Assembly (NCBI GenBank): GCA_963822175.1
Contig: CAWGGJ010000003.1
Span: forward strand, 198,802-262,801
Direction of reading: 5' to 3'
From: an uncultured Chloroflexia bacterium
GTDB taxonomy: Bacteria; Chloroflexota; Anaerolineae; Anaerolineales; UBA4823
DNA: 64,000 nucleotides
Shown here: positions 18,383 to 29,381 of the stretch, piece by piece
How the letters are laid out: every line of letters begins with the position of its first letter
Numbering within the stretch: position 1 is the first letter of the stretch
Translations under genes and position numbers: made by a program
The notes under the pieces: model-generated
What the model was told of the DNA's origin: nothing
Seen by the model: the letters and a program-made list of their open reading frames with translations, nothing else
Database searches by the model: none

Positions 18383-18535
18383 AAAATTGCCTCTTTCGTC
18401 TTGATATATTTAACATGCGGATTATAGTGTACGCTTTCTCCTCTGACAAGGTCGGTATTTCATTTAAAAAATAGCTATTAGCCATAAATTTTGGTGGGCT
18501 TTCATTTTGTGGTAAACTTTATTAAATTTTAGAAG

Positions 18536-18958
18536 GTGCTGGAGGCTTTTTTGAGTAAAGAATCCAAAAGGTTGGCATACATCGAGGACGAATCAGAAAT
18601 GATTGATTTAGTCCGCATAATCCTTGGACGTCGTGGCTATACAGTTCTAGGTGCAAATGGCGGTCGCGAGGGTCTCGAGCTTGTGCGTAAGGAACTGCCC
18701 GACCTGGTTTTATTGGATCTTATGATGCCTGATATGGATGGATGGGACGTTTACCATCAAATTAAATCGGATGAATTAACCCGTGATATCCCGGTTATTG
18801 TAATTACTGCCAAAGCCCAAAATATTGATAAAGTCCTTGGGCTGCGCGTTGCAAAAGTAGAAGATTACATCGCCAAACCTTTCAGCCCGCAGGAATTGCT
18901 AGATAGGATTGACATTGTTTTCTCAAAGCAATCGAAATCTAGCATCCATGATAGCTAA
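18536..18958 (+). CDS. Single-domain response regulator (CheY-like receiver)
   Basis: Acidic pocket DE, phospho-acceptor LVLLDLMMPDMDG, and conserved T and K (ITAKAQ, AKPF). Confidence 0.85.
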   Translation: MLEAFLSKESKRLAYIEDESEMIDLVRIILGRRGYTVLGANGGREGLELVRKELPDLVLLDLMMPDMDGWDVYHQIKSDELTRDIPVIVITAKAQNIDKVLGLRVAKVEDYIAKPFSPQELLDRIDIVFSKQSKSSIHDS

Positions 18959-19032
18959 CCTGGTTGGGTACAAGACCCCACCCGATCTACACGTTAATTA
19001 TCTCCCTGAATATTTTTTAATTTGGGGGGTGA

Positions 19033-19440
19033 ATGAAAACCAAGAAATACGTTAATATCATCAATCAGGCAAGCCAGGAATCAAAGCCCATACTGGCAGA
19101 GTACTGCCAGTCTTTTTTTTGTCAATTGCGCGGTTTAATGTTCAGGAAGAGTTTACCGGATAATCATGGCTTGTTGTTGGTTCAAAAAACTGACAGCAAG
19201 ATGAATGCATCCATTCACATGATGTTTATGTGGATGGACCTGGCAGTAATTTGGATTAATAATGAAAATGTGGTCGTTGACCTGGTACTGGCACGCCGGT
19301 GGAAACTGGCTTATATACCCAGAGCTGCAGCCAGGTATGTGCTGGAAACCAGTGAATCTCACTTGGCAGATTATAAGATTGGCGACGAAGTGGAATTCGA
19401 ATTTTTAGCTCAGGATATGTATGCGAAAAATCATTTATAG
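19033..19440 (+). CDS. DUF192-family protein
   Basis: RGLMFRKSLPDNHGLLL...SIHMMFMWMDLAVIWIN...ARYVLE resembles the DUF192/COG1430 pattern. Confidence 0.55.
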   Translation: MKTKKYVNIINQASQESKPILAEYCQSFFCQLRGLMFRKSLPDNHGLLLVQKTDSKMNASIHMMFMWMDLAVIWINNENVVVDLVLARRWKLAYIPRAAARYVLETSESHLADYKIGDEVEFEFLAQDMYAKNHL

Positions 19441-20827
19441 GATCTTCTTAATCCTTGCTTTTCTCTCGCTGATTCCATTGGAAGGGGCAAAAGCCCAAAT
19501 TACGACCTCCACTGGTCCAGTTTACATCGTTCAGGAAGGCGACAATCTCTCGGACATTGCCTATCGTTTTCACGTAACTCCGGAAGCCCTGGCCAATGCC
19601 AATGGGATAGTGAATATCAATCAGATCACCATCGGGCAATCGCTTACCATTCCCGGGTTGGAAGGGATTTCTGGCATCCTGACTACACAGGTGGTTCCGT
19701 TTGGTGAGACGTTGCGCAGTTTAAGCCTGCGATACCAAATACCACCCCAAATCCTTAAACGGTTAAACCATATCACTAGTCCCACCGAGTTGTATGCTGG
19801 ATATTCTCTGGTGATTCCACTTGACGAAAACCCTGCTTCATCGGGTAAAAGGATCATTGTGAATCCTGGCCAATCTTTGCTGGAGTTGGCTGTCCTTAAT
19901 GAGACCGATCCTTGGAAGCTCATGGTAGATAACGACCTTGAATATAGCTCCCTTGCTCTCCCTGGTGAAGTCTTGCGTTCGCCCGGCGAGGAAGATCCTG
20001 GCCCCGGATCCTTACCTCCCGAGATAACTTCAGCCATAATATCAGACTTGATCCAGGGTCAAACTGCAGAGATCCAGTTGACTGGCGATGAAGAGCTCAC
20101 CATCGATGGTTCCTTAATGGATCATCCTTTAAATTTCTTCCCATATAGCGATAAGCGCTACATTGCCTTTCAAGGTGTGCATGCCATGGCAGAGCCTGGC
20201 CTGTACCCGTTAACCCTGCAAGGCAGCACACCAGGTGGTGCGAAATTTGATTTCTCACAGATGGTGAAGGTTAACCCAGGCGATTTCCTGTATGACAGAC
20301 CGCTTCCGGTTGATCCTGCTACCTTGGACCCCGAGACAAACCGAACTGAAAATGATCTTTGGTACAGCACATCTTCTGTTGTAACTCCTGATATTTTATG
20401 GGATGGTCCTTTCTCTGTACCAGTGGATCCAGTCTTTGCGGATTGCTATTCTTCAATATTTGGAAGCCGGCGTTCATATAACGGTAGTGAATACATTTAT
20501 TTCCACACCGGCCTGGATTATTGCGGTGCGGTTGGTAATTCAATATATGCTGCAGCCCCAGGTGTGGTTGTATTTACCGGACCACTAACCGTGCGGGGGA
20601 ACGCCACCATGATTGACCATGGTAGGGGTGTTTACACAGCTTATATGCACCAATCGGAAATCCTGGTCAATGTTGGTGATCGTGTGGAACAAGGCCAGCT
20701 GATTGGAAAGGTTGGGAACACCGGCCGTGTAGAAGGTCCCCATTTACATTTTGAAGTTTTAGTGGGTACTGTTCAAGTTGACCCATTTGCGTGGTTAACT
20801 CAGAGTTTTCCGTCAGATGAGCCTTAA
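19421..20827 (+). CDS. Secreted LysM-domain M23 metallopeptidase
   Basis: Signal peptide. Two LysM repeats (YIVQEGDNLSDIAYRFHVTPEALANANG...GQSLTIP). C-terminal M23 motifs HTGLDY and GPHLHFEV. Confidence 0.85.
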   Translation: MRKIIYRIFLILAFLSLIPLEGAKAQITTSTGPVYIVQEGDNLSDIAYRFHVTPEALANANGIVNINQITIGQSLTIPGLEGISGILTTQVVPFGETLRSLSLRYQIPPQILKRLNHITSPTELYAGYSLVIPLDENPASSGKRIIVNPGQSLLELAVLNETDPWKLMVDNDLEYSSLALPGEVLRSPGEEDPGPGSLPPEITSAIISDLIQGQTAEIQLTGDEELTIDGSLMDHPLNFFPYSDKRYIAFQGVHAMAEPGLYPLTLQGSTPGGAKFDFSQMVKVNPGDFLYDRPLPVDPATLDPETNRTENDLWYSTSSVVTPDILWDGPFSVPVDPVFADCYSSIFGSRRSYNGSEYIYFHTGLDYCGAVGNSIYAAAPGVVVFTGPLTVRGNATMIDHGRGVYTAYMHQSEILVNVGDRVEQGQLIGKVGNTGRVEGPHLHFEVLVGTVQVDPFAWLTQSFPSDEP

Positions 20828-20834
20828 TATTAAA

Positions 20835-21116
20835 TTATTCTTCAGATCCCTCCGGAGGCTCTAAATCATCCAACTTCATATTTTCAAAATCCCCACGATT
20901 ATATTCTTCCATAATTTCTCGGGCTTGGTCCGCCTGGCTGGATGGCACTAATAATTCCACTGCTCCTAAAGTACCAACTGTAACCGCATACGCTCGTGCA
21001 GCACCTTGCGAATTGAGCCATACCTGGATTCCCTGGGCTTCCAATAATCCTTTGATGATCTCTGCCTGAAATTGGCCTTGGATCTTATCTATAAGAACCC
21101 ACTCATCATCTGTCAT
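20835..21116 (-). CDS. DUF2007-like small protein
   Basis: A 93-aa ORF whose pattern (AEIIKGLLEAQGIQVWL...VELLVPSSQADQAREI) resembles the putative signal-transducing DUF2007 fold. Confidence 0.45.
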   Translation of the reverse strand: MTDDEWVLIDKIQGQFQAEIIKGLLEAQGIQVWLNSQGAARAYAVTVGTLGAVELLVPSSQADQAREIMEEYNRGDFENMKLDDLEPPEGSEE

Positions 21117-21417
21117 ATCCCTACTCCAGTATTTTAGATAATTATCAACATGAGATAAAAAGCTCGCATAGTAAGCACAAACGTAACATATATTTCTAAT
21201 TATAGTCCTTTATAATGATTACGGGTTCCCTTGATTGATTAATCAAATTTATCTGAAATATTTAATCATCGAGTATAATACTCAGGCATTAAATATTGAG
21301 TTACAAGCGTCGATCACGCAAGTTTGACGCGCCAGAATTAAGTACGACCCAGGTTCATAGGGGTTCTTATATTACAGCGCTTACAACCGATATTGACGCA
21401 ATAAGGTTACAACGACA

Positions 21418-23004
21418 ATGAAGAGTACGGCAATAATATCATTACGTGAAGGCTACTGGGAGAACTTTGAACTTACGGATCAGGATCGTGAATTCATATA
21501 TAACTATCTCCTGGAAATTGAAACTCCATTAACATCACCGGAATTATTAACTGCATTAGTTACCGAGCGCATCCGCCTGGAAACAATAGCTTTGGAAAAA
21601 CAACGCACCTCTGGTGGAGATATTTACCTACCAGTAAATAGCTACACAACCAACCAGGATCTTGTTGTTCCTGCCTTCGGCTGGCAGCATGCCCGGGTAA
21701 TTGGTGTACGACCAGGCCAAAATCCCGACCTGGGAAATTTCGATGTGATCCAGGTTAAATTTGACGACGACGAAATACGTGAATTTGCCTCAAACATCCA
21801 GGATCACATTCTCAATCGACCTCAGGAGACATCCATTGTGGATACTTCATTGGATGTAGAGGTCGTGATCATGGATCATGGTGAAAATTTACTTGAGATC
21901 ATCAATTCCGATTTAACTAAAAACGAGGAATTTGTTCGTATTGCTGGTAAATGGTTCCCGCGTGCATTACTCATCGATATTAATGCTGGTCATTTGAATT
22001 TAGCAGAAGCGATCCTGGATATGGCTGGTGGTGGTCCATCCTCAACCCAACCGTTATTGGAACAGGTCGGATTAGCTACAACCACGAATTCCAAATTGGT
22101 TGAATTCTCCCTAGACCATGCTCTACAGGAAGATCCTCGTTTCGACGAAGTTGGTCCTACAGGCGAAGTTCTTTGGTTTCTCCATCGCCTGGAACCAGAG
22201 GGTGTTTTGCAGGTTCCGCCATATCTGCGTTATCAAGAGTTGGATTACGACCCTTCATTACTAACTCCTGAGATGCTTGATCTCGAACGAAAACTAGATG
22301 ATGAGCTAACACCGATCACTGGAAAATATCCGATCGTCAACGATGTTCTATTAACCCTGACATTTCCTCATTGGCGTGCTGGTAGCCTGCCATTAACCCA
22401 GAGGATCAATCATCTCTTCCCAACAGCCTATGAAGCTCCCCGGATACGTTTCCTGCTTGTTGATGGTGAGACCGGTCAGAAATTCCCGGGATGGGTTGTT
22501 CGTTCAAACCATTATGTCTACGGTCTTGGGGATTGGTATAAATCCCACGGTTTGATGCCTGGAAGCTTGATCCACGTAAAGCGTGGTAAAAACCCAGGTG
22601 AGGTAATTGTTCAATGTGACTCACAACGTGGGACGCGTGAATGGGTTCGCACGGTCCTGGTGGGTTCAGATGGTGGAATAGTTTTTGCAATGCTCAAGCA
22701 AATCATTACAGCTGCTTATGATGAACGAATGGCAATAGCAATACCAGATCCAGAAGGATTGGATGCTGCCTGGAAACAAATCCAAAAAGAACGGATTCCA
22801 TTCGAACGTATTGTGGTCAATACAGTACGTGACTTGGCAAAATTAAATCCCCAAAGTCATGTACATATCAGTGAGCTATATACTGCTGTAAATATCATAC
22901 GTCGATGTCCTCCAGGGCCGATCCTTGCCTTATTGGCATCCAGGCCTTGGTTTGTCCATGTTGGTGACTTGCATTATCGTTTCGATGAATCGGAGAAAAG
23001 TTAA
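21418..23004 (+). CDS. Conserved hypothetical protein (528 aa)
   Basis: Long ORF with coding-like composition. No motif I can name with confidence. Possible winged-helix-like segments at both ends. Confidence 0.55.
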   Translation: MKSTAIISLREGYWENFELTDQDREFIYNYLLEIETPLTSPELLTALVTERIRLETIALEKQRTSGGDIYLPVNSYTTNQDLVVPAFGWQHARVIGVRPGQNPDLGNFDVIQVKFDDDEIREFASNIQDHILNRPQETSIVDTSLDVEVVIMDHGENLLEIINSDLTKNEEFVRIAGKWFPRALLIDINAGHLNLAEAILDMAGGGPSSTQPLLEQVGLATTTNSKLVEFSLDHALQEDPRFDEVGPTGEVLWFLHRLEPEGVLQVPPYLRYQELDYDPSLLTPEMLDLERKLDDELTPITGKYPIVNDVLLTLTFPHWRAGSLPLTQRINHLFPTAYEAPRIRFLLVDGETGQKFPGWVVRSNHYVYGLGDWYKSHGLMPGSLIHVKRGKNPGEVIVQCDSQRGTREWVRTVLVGSDGGIVFAMLKQIITAAYDERMAIAIPDPEGLDAAWKQIQKERIPFERIVVNTVRDLAKLNPQSHVHISELYTAVNIIRRCPPGPILALLASRPWFVHVGDLHYRFDESEKS

Positions 23005-23451
23005 ATGGTTCCGTTGCCAGATGTGAAACACGCCAGCAGGGTAAGGCCAACCATCCATACACATTTCCACATTGATTTTAACTGGTGGCAGGAGCGGGAT
23101 CGCGATTGGCGGGTCTTCTTGCAAAGCCTGCTTTGTTCTGAACATCAACAAGCCTTTGCAGAACTATCGGACGACCACCTGGTGGATTTTGTCGATCCAG
23201 AAACTGCTGAAGTACACCAGCTGGATGGATTGCAACATGCATTAATTAGCCATTGTGCTAAGACGGAGGGATTTATTTCTCCCCGTACGACCCTTGTGGA
23301 CGCTATCTTCCGCGTCTTCCTGGCAAGTGGGAATACACCAATGACCCCCAACGAATTGGCACAACAACTCGGGCGTCCAGCAGATATTATCTTGCGTGTA
23401 TTGACTGGTGAACGCATTTATCGCGGACTTCGCCCGACTTTAGAGGGGTGA
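23005..23451 (+). CDS. Hypothetical protein (148 aa), directly abutting the upstream gene
   Basis: ATG immediately follows the TAA stop of the 528-aa ORF in the same frame (TAAATG). Possible C-terminal helix-turn-helix-like segment (MTPNELAQQLGRPADIILRVL). Confidence 0.5.
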   Translation: MVPLPDVKHASRVRPTIHTHFHIDFNWWQERDRDWRVFLQSLLCSEHQQAFAELSDDHLVDFVDPETAEVHQLDGLQHALISHCAKTEGFISPRTTLVDAIFRVFLASGNTPMTPNELAQQLGRPADIILRVLTGERIYRGLRPTLEG

Positions 23452-23459
23452 GTTTGAAT

Positions 23460-23535
23460 GCCCCTGTAGCTCAAAGGATAGAGCAGCAGCCTTCTAAGCT
23501 GTTGGTTGTGGGTTCGAATCCCGCCAGGGGCGCCA
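23460..23535 (+). tRNA. tRNA-Arg (anticodon UCU)
   Basis: Cloverleaf read by hand. Acceptor GCCCCTG/CAGGGGC. D arm GCTC-AAAGGATA-GAGC. Anticodon arm GCAGC-CTTCTAA-GCTGT. T arm GTGGG-TTCGAAT-CCCGC. Encoded CCA. Confidence 0.9.
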
Positions 23536-23614
23536 GATGACCATACAAGAATTTTTCCGATGAGTTTTTTCGGTTGGATCATTTGTATGGATACAAAGAA
23601 TACCGGAGTTTTAT

Positions 23615-24142
23615 ATGATGACTGAAAGATTTGGAATTCTAAAATTTGCGGGAAATGATGTTACCGTGATTGGTCCTGACTTGATTGCAGGCCAAAAAGC
23701 ACCAGAATTTACTGCTCAAGCCCAGGATTGGTCATTGTTCAACGGGTTGCGAGATACTAGTGGGAAGGTACGGATTATTGCCTCCCTTCCTTCTCTTAGC
23801 ACCTCGGTCTGCGACCGTGAAACGAGGCTTTTCAACCAGGAAGCTAGCAGCCTGGACGAGCGGATTGTTATCCTGACTGTCAGCATGGACCTACCCTTTA
23901 CCCTTAAAAACTGGTGCGCTGCTGCTGGAATTGACCGGGTGATCACCTTGTCCGATCAAAAAACAAACGAGTTTGGTCAAAAATACGGCGTCCTTGTAAA
24001 AGAACATCGTTTCCTGCGTAGGGCTATATTTGTTATTGACCAGAACGACATGCTAGTATATTCAGCCTATATGCCAGCTATTGGGGTGGAGCCTGATTAC
24101 CCTGAGGTACTTAATGCAGCCAGGAGTGCATTAAAGGACTGA
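23615..24142 (+). CDS. tpx: Thiol peroxidase (Tpx, atypical 2-Cys peroxiredoxin)
   Basis: SLPSLSTSVCDRETRLFN peroxidatic-Cys context and MDLPFTLKNWCAA resolving-Cys context. Confidence 0.9.
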   Translation: MMTERFGILKFAGNDVTVIGPDLIAGQKAPEFTAQAQDWSLFNGLRDTSGKVRIIASLPSLSTSVCDRETRLFNQEASSLDERIVILTVSMDLPFTLKNWCAAAGIDRVITLSDQKTNEFGQKYGVLVKEHRFLRRAIFVIDQNDMLVYSAYMPAIGVEPDYPEVLNAARSALKD

Positions 24143-24177
24143 TGAAGACGAGTCTCTGTACAAAGGAGCGAAATAAT

Positions 24178-24606
24178 ATGGAAGATATATCTGTATCATC
24201 AGATTCCATGCGGCGCATCTGGCACATCACAGAGAATTATCAGAATACACTTGCAGAAACTTCACGCTGGCGAAGTGTCTCCCGCCTGCATGTTTGGCGT
24301 CCTCCCACTGATGTCTATGAAACAGAGGACGCCATCATCATCAGGGTCGAAGTCGCGGGTATGCGTGAGTCCGACTTTACCATCTCACTCGTCGAACGTA
24401 GCCTGATCATTCACGGCATTCGTCAGGATACACCAGAACGGCGTGCTTATCACCAGATGGAGATACCTTTCGGTGAATTTAGCACTGAAATTGAGTTACC
24501 GTACATGATCATCCCCGATAAAGTTGAGGCGATCTACCGTGATGGGTTTTTACGCATCAGTCTGCCAATAGCGCAGCCAAAACACATAAAAGTTGAGGGT
24601 GAGTAA
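24178..24606 (+). CDS. Hsp20/alpha-crystallin small heat-shock protein
   Basis: Alpha-crystallin domain ([21 protein letters not shown]...[11 protein letters not shown]...[13 protein letters not shown]). Start set at the ATG 24178, 9 nt after AAGGAG. Confidence 0.85.
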   Translation: MEDISVSSDSMRRIWHITENYQNTLAETSRWRSVSRLHVWRPPTDVYETEDAIIIRVEVAGMRESDFTISLVERSLIIHGIRQDTPERRAYHQMEIPFGEFSTEIELPYMIIPDKVEAIYRDGFLRISLPIAQPKHIKVEGE

Positions 24607-24614
24607 ACGATTTT

Positions 24615-27251
24615 ATGTCTGCAACGCGTTGGAACACGTTAAACTTAATGCGCTGGTTGGAAGAACATGGCTGGCCTGATGAAGATCTGGAGTTAAAAGA
24701 AATGATCCTCGATTCCGACGTTCCCGGACAATCATCCTTGGTCATGGATCAAACATCAAATTCAGCGCAGGTGGTAGAAGACGGTCAACCTCAACCTAAA
24801 ATCCCATCCAGCCTGCCGATCCTGCCGTTACGTGGTCTTGTTGTCTACCCTGAGACCGCAGTCCCACTGACGATTGGACAACCTCGGTCGATTCGCTTGG
24901 TTGATGATGTGGTGGCAGGTGAAGACCGGTTGATCGGGTTGGTTGCTTCTCGCGATCCTGAGCTGGAGATCCCCGAACCAAAAGACCTGTTTGAAATTGG
25001 CACCGTTGCCATGATCCACCGGCTTTTCCGGGCTCCAGATGGTACCATTCGATTATTGGTACAAGGTACGGCACGCTTTCGGTTGGGTGAGTTTTTACAA
25101 CACGAACCATACTTAAAAGCAAACATTGACCTAATTCCAGAAGCAGAGGAAGAAGGCGTTGAGGTTGAAGCGCTTGCACGTAATGCCCGAGATCAATTTG
25201 CTCATATTGGCGAGCTGATCACATCTATTCCACGTGAGTTGGTGGCCTCCGTACAGGCAATCGAAGACCCGTTGCAAACAGTTTATACCATTGCGAATTT
25301 TCAACGCATGGACCTTGCTGCTGCCCAATCTCTGCTCGAGCTGGATTCAGTAAAAGAAAAGTTACACAAGCTGGTTACCATCCTGACGCGTGAGATTGAA
25401 GTTTTGGAAATTGGTCAAAAAATCCAGAATGAAGCTCGTTCAGAGATTGAAAAAATGCAGCGTGATTATTTCCTGCGCGAGCAATTAAAAGCTATCCAAA
25501 GAGAGCTTGGCGAAGGAGACGAACAGGCAGCTGAGGTGGATGAATTACGCCAAAAGATCGATGCAGCCAAGATGCCGGAGGAGGCAGATAAACAAGCCCG
25601 CCGGGAGCTGGATCGATTGTCTCATCTGCCAACTGCTGCAGCAGAATACGGTGTCATCCGCACCTATCTGGATTGGATGGTCTCCCTACCATGGGCGACC
25701 AACACTGACGACAATCTCGATATTTCTCATGCACGTGAGGTACTCGACCAGGACCATTACGGGCTGGAGGATATCAAAGAACGCATCCTGGAATACCTGG
25801 CTGTGCGCAAATTGCGCTATGAACGCAAGGATGAGACCCCTCCAGAAAGTAAGGATGAGATACGTCGCCTGCGTGAAGGTGTCATTCTATGCTTTATTGG
25901 TCCTCCTGGTGTCGGCAAGACCTCCCTGGGACGCTCTATTGCCCATGCGATGGGAAGAAAATTTATCCGCATATCGCTTGGGGGAATGCGCGACGAGGCT
26001 GAAATACGCGGGCATCGGCGAACGTATATTGGAGCCATGCCTGGACGAATTTTACAAGCCATTCGTCGCATCGAATCACATAACCCTGTGTTCATGTTGG
26101 ATGAAATTGACAAGCTGGTCATGGACTTCCACGGTGATCCTGCCTCTGCTTTATTGGAAGTGCTGGATCCGGAGCAAAATTCAGAATTCCGTGACCATTA
26201 CCTTGAAGTGGCATTTGATCTTTCACAGGTGATGTTCATCACCACCGGCAACCTGCTGGAACCCATCCCGGATCCCTTGCGCGATCGGATGGAAATTATT
26301 ACCCTCTCTGGATACACGGAGAACGAGAAGAGTGCCATTGCCAAACAATACCTCATCCCACGTCAAATTCGTGAAAATGGCCTTCATCCCGATGAAATCC
26401 AATTCTCTGATGAAGCCTTATTGGCGGTCATTCGCTCCTACACTCGTGAAGCTGGTGTAAGGAATCTCGAGCGTGAGATCGGATCGGTCTGCCGGAAGGT
26501 TGTAACCATCATCGCCGAGAAAAAGACGGATATGGTTGTAATCACACCTGATAAAATCCATGAATTTCTAGGACGGCCTCATTTCTTCGGAAATGAAGAG
26601 ATAGCCATCCGGACTTCCATCCCAGGAGTGGCAACCGGTCTGGCATACACCCAGATGGGAGGCGATGTCCTTTTCATAGAAGCTACCCGTATGTCGGGCA
26701 GCAAAGGTTTTCAAATTACCGGATCAGTGGGAAATGTGATGCAGGAATCAGCCCATGCAGCTCTTTCCTACGTCAGATCCCGCGCAGAACAGCTTAATCT
26801 TGATCAAAGCTTTTTTGAGAAATCGGATATCCATTTGCATATCCCTGCTGGTGCCCAACCCAAGGACGGCCCGTCGGCAGGAGTAACCATGGCAACTGCC
26901 CTGGTATCCCTCATCTCCGGACGACCAGTATGCGCCGAGGTTGGGATGACCGGTGAGATTACCTTGCGAGGTCAGGTTTTACCCGTTGGAGGGATCAAAG
27001 AAAAAGTCCTTGCTGCCCACCGTGCAGGCTTGAAAACAGTTATATTGCCAAAACGGAATGAGAGCGATCTCGAAGAGCTTCCTGATGAGGTGCGGAAGTC
27101 GATGAAATTTATTTTTGTCGAAACGGTGGACGAAGTTTTGAACGCAGCCCTTGAAAAAGCAAATCGGAATAAAAAACAAGCAAAATCGAAGGCTGGTCTG
27201 GAACAGAAGATCAAATCAAAGGAATCTAATGCCAAAAGTAATGCTGATTGA
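24615..27251 (+). CDS. lon: ATP-dependent Lon protease (LonA)
   Basis: LON N-domain ([13 protein letters not shown]), Walker [10 protein letters not shown], Walker B FMLDEIDK, and protease Ser-Lys dyad context ([11 protein letters not shown] ... [14 protein letters not shown]). Confidence 0.95.
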   Translation: MSATRWNTLNLMRWLEEHGWPDEDLELKEMILDSDVPGQSSLVMDQTSNSAQVVEDGQPQPKIPSSLPILPLRGLVVYPETAVPLTIGQPRSIRLVDDVVAGEDRLIGLVASRDPELEIPEPKDLFEIGTVAMIHRLFRAPDGTIRLLVQGTARFRLGEFLQHEPYLKANIDLIPEAEEEGVEVEALARNARDQFAHIGELITSIPRELVASVQAIEDPLQTVYTIANFQRMDLAAAQSLLELDSVKEKLHKLVTILTREIEVLEIGQKIQNEARSEIEKMQRDYFLREQLKAIQRELGEGDEQAAEVDELRQKIDAAKMPEEADKQARRELDRLSHLPTAAAEYGVIRTYLDWMVSLPWATNTDDNLDISHAREVLDQDHYGLEDIKERILEYLAVRKLRYERKDETPPESKDEIRRLREGVILCFIGPPGVGKTSLGRSIAHAMGRKFIRISLGGMRDEAEIRGHRRTYIGAMPGRILQAIRRIESHNPVFMLDEIDKLVMDFHGDPASALLEVLDPEQNSEFRDHYLEVAFDLSQVMFITTGNLLEPIPDPLRDRMEIITLSGYTENEKSAIAKQYLIPRQIRENGLHPDEIQFSDEALLAVIRSYTREAGVRNLEREIGSVCRKVVTIIAEKKTDMVVITPDKIHEFLGRPHFFGNEEIAIRTSIPGVATGLAYTQMGGDVLFIEATRMSGSKGFQITGSVGNVMQESAHAALSYVRSRAEQLNLDQSFFEKSDIHLHIPAGAQPKDGPSAGVTMATALVSLISGRPVCAEVGMTGEITLRGQVLPVGGIKEKVLAAHRAGLKTVILPKRNESDLEELPDEVRKSMKFIFVETVDEVLNAALEKANRNKKQAKSKAGLEQKIKSKESNAKSNAD

Positions 27252-27591
27252 AGATGATCAGACCATGGTGTCCTTGCTGACTACCCTGCTTAAATTGGAG
27301 GGTTTTTCAGTTTCCACACCGGAAAATCATCATATCGATGGTGTACTCAATGATGTGCGAAAAGAGCATCCAGAGGTTGCGTTTGTGGATGTTAATTTAA
27401 ACTCAGGTAGCGGGTTAGATTTGGTTCGTGAGATCCGGCGTGAGCCAGGGATTCAACAAACTCGCATCCTTATGTCTTCAGGGTTAGATTTACAAACAGA
27501 ATGTATTCAAGCTGGGGCGGATGATTTTATCCTTAAACCCTTCATGCCAGAAGAGTTGATAAAACTGATCCGTACAACAATTAAACAATAA
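27229..27591 (+). CDS. Single-domain response regulator (receiver only)
   Basis: VMLIEDD ..., FVDVNL (acceptor Asp context), LKPF. Start chosen at the internal Met, overlapping the lon 3' end. The ATG at 27241 is an alternative. Confidence 0.75.
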   Translation: MPKVMLIEDDQTMVSLLTTLLKLEGFSVSTPENHHIDGVLNDVRKEHPEVAFVDVNLNSGSGLDLVREIRREPGIQQTRILMSSGLDLQTECIQAGADDFILKPFMPEELIKLIRTTIKQ

Positions 27592-27626
27592 AAAATTACA
27601 AAGAAAAAGAGTAAAGAAGAAAAAAA

Positions 27627-29381
27627 GTGAATAAGAAAAAAATTCGTGCCCAAATGCAGTGGCACTCAATGGATATACATTTACACACACCAGCATCAAG
27701 TGATTTCCAACAACCCGATGTGAAATACCTTGAGGTACTTCAACGCGCCGAGGCACGTGGTTTGGATATCATCGCATTTACCGACCATAATACAGTTGCT
27801 GGCTATAAAAAAATGCAGGACGAGATTCACCAGCTCGAATTATTGGAGCGCCTCAATCGTATCCTACCAGAAGAGCAAAATCGCTTGCGTGAATACAGGC
27901 GTCTCTTTGAAAAACTACTGATCCTGCCAGGATTTGAGTTTACCGCCACATTTGGGTTTCACATCATCGGTCTTTTCCCACCAGAAACCCCTATCCGTGA
28001 GATCGAATATCTTTTGATCGATCTGAATATTCCCACAGACCAGCTCGATCTCGGTTCAGCCCTTGTGGGCGCAACCTCCGATGTCTTGAATGCCTATCGT
28101 TTGATCGATGAGGCCGGGGGTTTGGTGATCGCTGCACATGCCAACTCAAACAATGGTGTTGCCATGAGAGGCTTTCCCATCGGCGGTCAAACCAAAATTG
28201 CCTACACCCAGGATCCGCATTTACATGCTCTCGAAGTTACCGACCTCGACCAGCGAGGTGCTCGGACCACCGCCACTTTCTTCAGTGGTACAAAACCAGA
28301 ATACCCTCGCCGTATGCATTGCATTCAAGGCTCCGATGCCCACAGGTTGACCACTGACCCGGTGCGCAAGAAGAACCCAGGGATCGGTGATCGAGTCACC
28401 GAAGTGCTGTTACCGGAAGTCACCTTTGAAGAGCTCCGGGACTTATTCTTAAGTAATGATTTTGCCCGCACCCGCCCGCGCCATCATATTGCCCAGCCTG
28501 CATTTGATTTCATCCAAACTGCAAGAGAAGAAGGGGCTAATATCATTCAAGACTTCCATGAGAGTATGACTGTTCGGGGTGGAAAATTATTCGCCATCAT
28601 TGCTGACGTGTGTGCCTTTGCCAACGCAAATGGTGGCACCCTTTATATTGGATTGAACGTTGATCCAAAAAAGCCCGTGATTGGGGTGCCTAACCCCGAG
28701 CAATCCATCACCCAGCTGGATAAGGAGATCAGCACGCGTATCACTCCTCCGTTGCAGTGTTCGATCGATGTTCATGAAACCAACGGTAAAAAGATCCTTC
28801 GGGTGCTCATCCCTCGCGGGGATGATCCTCCGTACGCTGTGGATGATAATAAAGTTTATGTCCGCGACGAAGCGGAAACAGGTCTGGCTGTGCGCGACGA
28901 AATCGTCAGCCTTGTTCTTCGTTCCAGTACGACCCAGAGCACATCAACGCCAAAATTGACCAGGGAAAAACCTTCGGTTGAAGCAGAGTTGCCCCAAATA
29001 GAAGTTACTGTTGAGAGAGATGGTGAATCCCCTCCACGTACCGGGGTTGAAGTTGTCAAGGTGGATGAGCGTGAAGGTGTATCCTATTACACCATGCGAG
29101 ACCTACGCAACGGGAACGAGGTAAAAAATGTCACCCGCGTTTCTGCCCGACGCCTCTGGCATTATGCCATCACAGAATTCGACCAGCTGCCTGCAGATCT
29201 TTCAAAAGTAAAAATCCAATGGCAGGGTAATGTTGGCCTTCTCGCAACTCAACGGCAAGGTAAAAATGTCCGTTACAATCTCGTTCAGCGTACTTCCAAG
29301 GGTTATCGCCTGTATTTTGGTGTGACAGAGGACGGGGTACATGGTCGCTGGAAATCACTGGTTGGTGGCGATGAGGAATGA
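27627..29381 (+). CDS. PHP-domain phosphoesterase fused to an AlbA_2 (Schlafen-like) nucleic-acid-binding domain
   Basis: PHP motifs [31 protein letters not shown] in the N-terminal ~250 aa. An AlbA_2-like core ([23 protein letters not shown]...[14 protein letters not shown]) lies near aa 320-410. The last ~150 aa are unassigned. Confidence 0.65.
   Translation: MNKKKIRAQMQWHSMDIHLHTPASSDFQQPDVKYLEVLQRAEARGLDIIAFTDHNTVAGYKKMQDEIHQLELLERLNRILPEEQNRLREYRRLFEKLLILPGFEFTATFGFHIIGLFPPETPIREIEYLLIDLNIPTDQLDLGSALVGATSDVLNAYRLIDEAGGLVIAAHANSNNGVAMRGFPIGGQTKIAYTQDPHLHALEVTDLDQRGARTTATFFSGTKPEYPRRMHCIQGSDAHRLTTDPVRKKNPGIGDRVTEVLLPEVTFEELRDLFLSNDFARTRPRHHIAQPAFDFIQTAREEGANIIQDFHESMTVRGGKLFAIIADVCAFANANGGTLYIGLNVDPKKPVIGVPNPEQSITQLDKEISTRITPPLQCSIDVHETNGKKILRVLIPRGDDPPYAVDDNKVYVRDEAETGLAVRDEIVSLVLRSSTTQSTSTPKLTREKPSVEAELPQIEVTVERDGESPPRTGVEVVKVDEREGVSYYTMRDLRNGNEVKNVTRVSARRLWHYAITEFDQLPADLSKVKIQWQGNVGLLATQRQGKNVRYNLVQRTSKGYRLYFGVTEDGVHGRWKSLVGGDEE

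Noticed and set aside
23002-23007. Possible stop-codon read-through or selenocysteine between the 528-aa and 148-aa ORFs, which are in the same frame and contiguous
   Set aside because: The stop is TAA, not TGA, and is directly followed by ATG. Two coupled genes is the simpler reading.
23540-23600. 8-bp inverted repeat CCATACAA / TTGTATGG enclosing a T-rich segment after tRNA-Arg
   Set aside because: The long loop and short stems (an inner CCGA/TCGG of only 4 bp) are too weak to call a terminator or RNA element.
25507-26232. 241-aa plus-strand ORF inside lon
   Set aside because: It is an alternative frame of the Lon AAA+ region. The Lon frame carries the Walker motifs.
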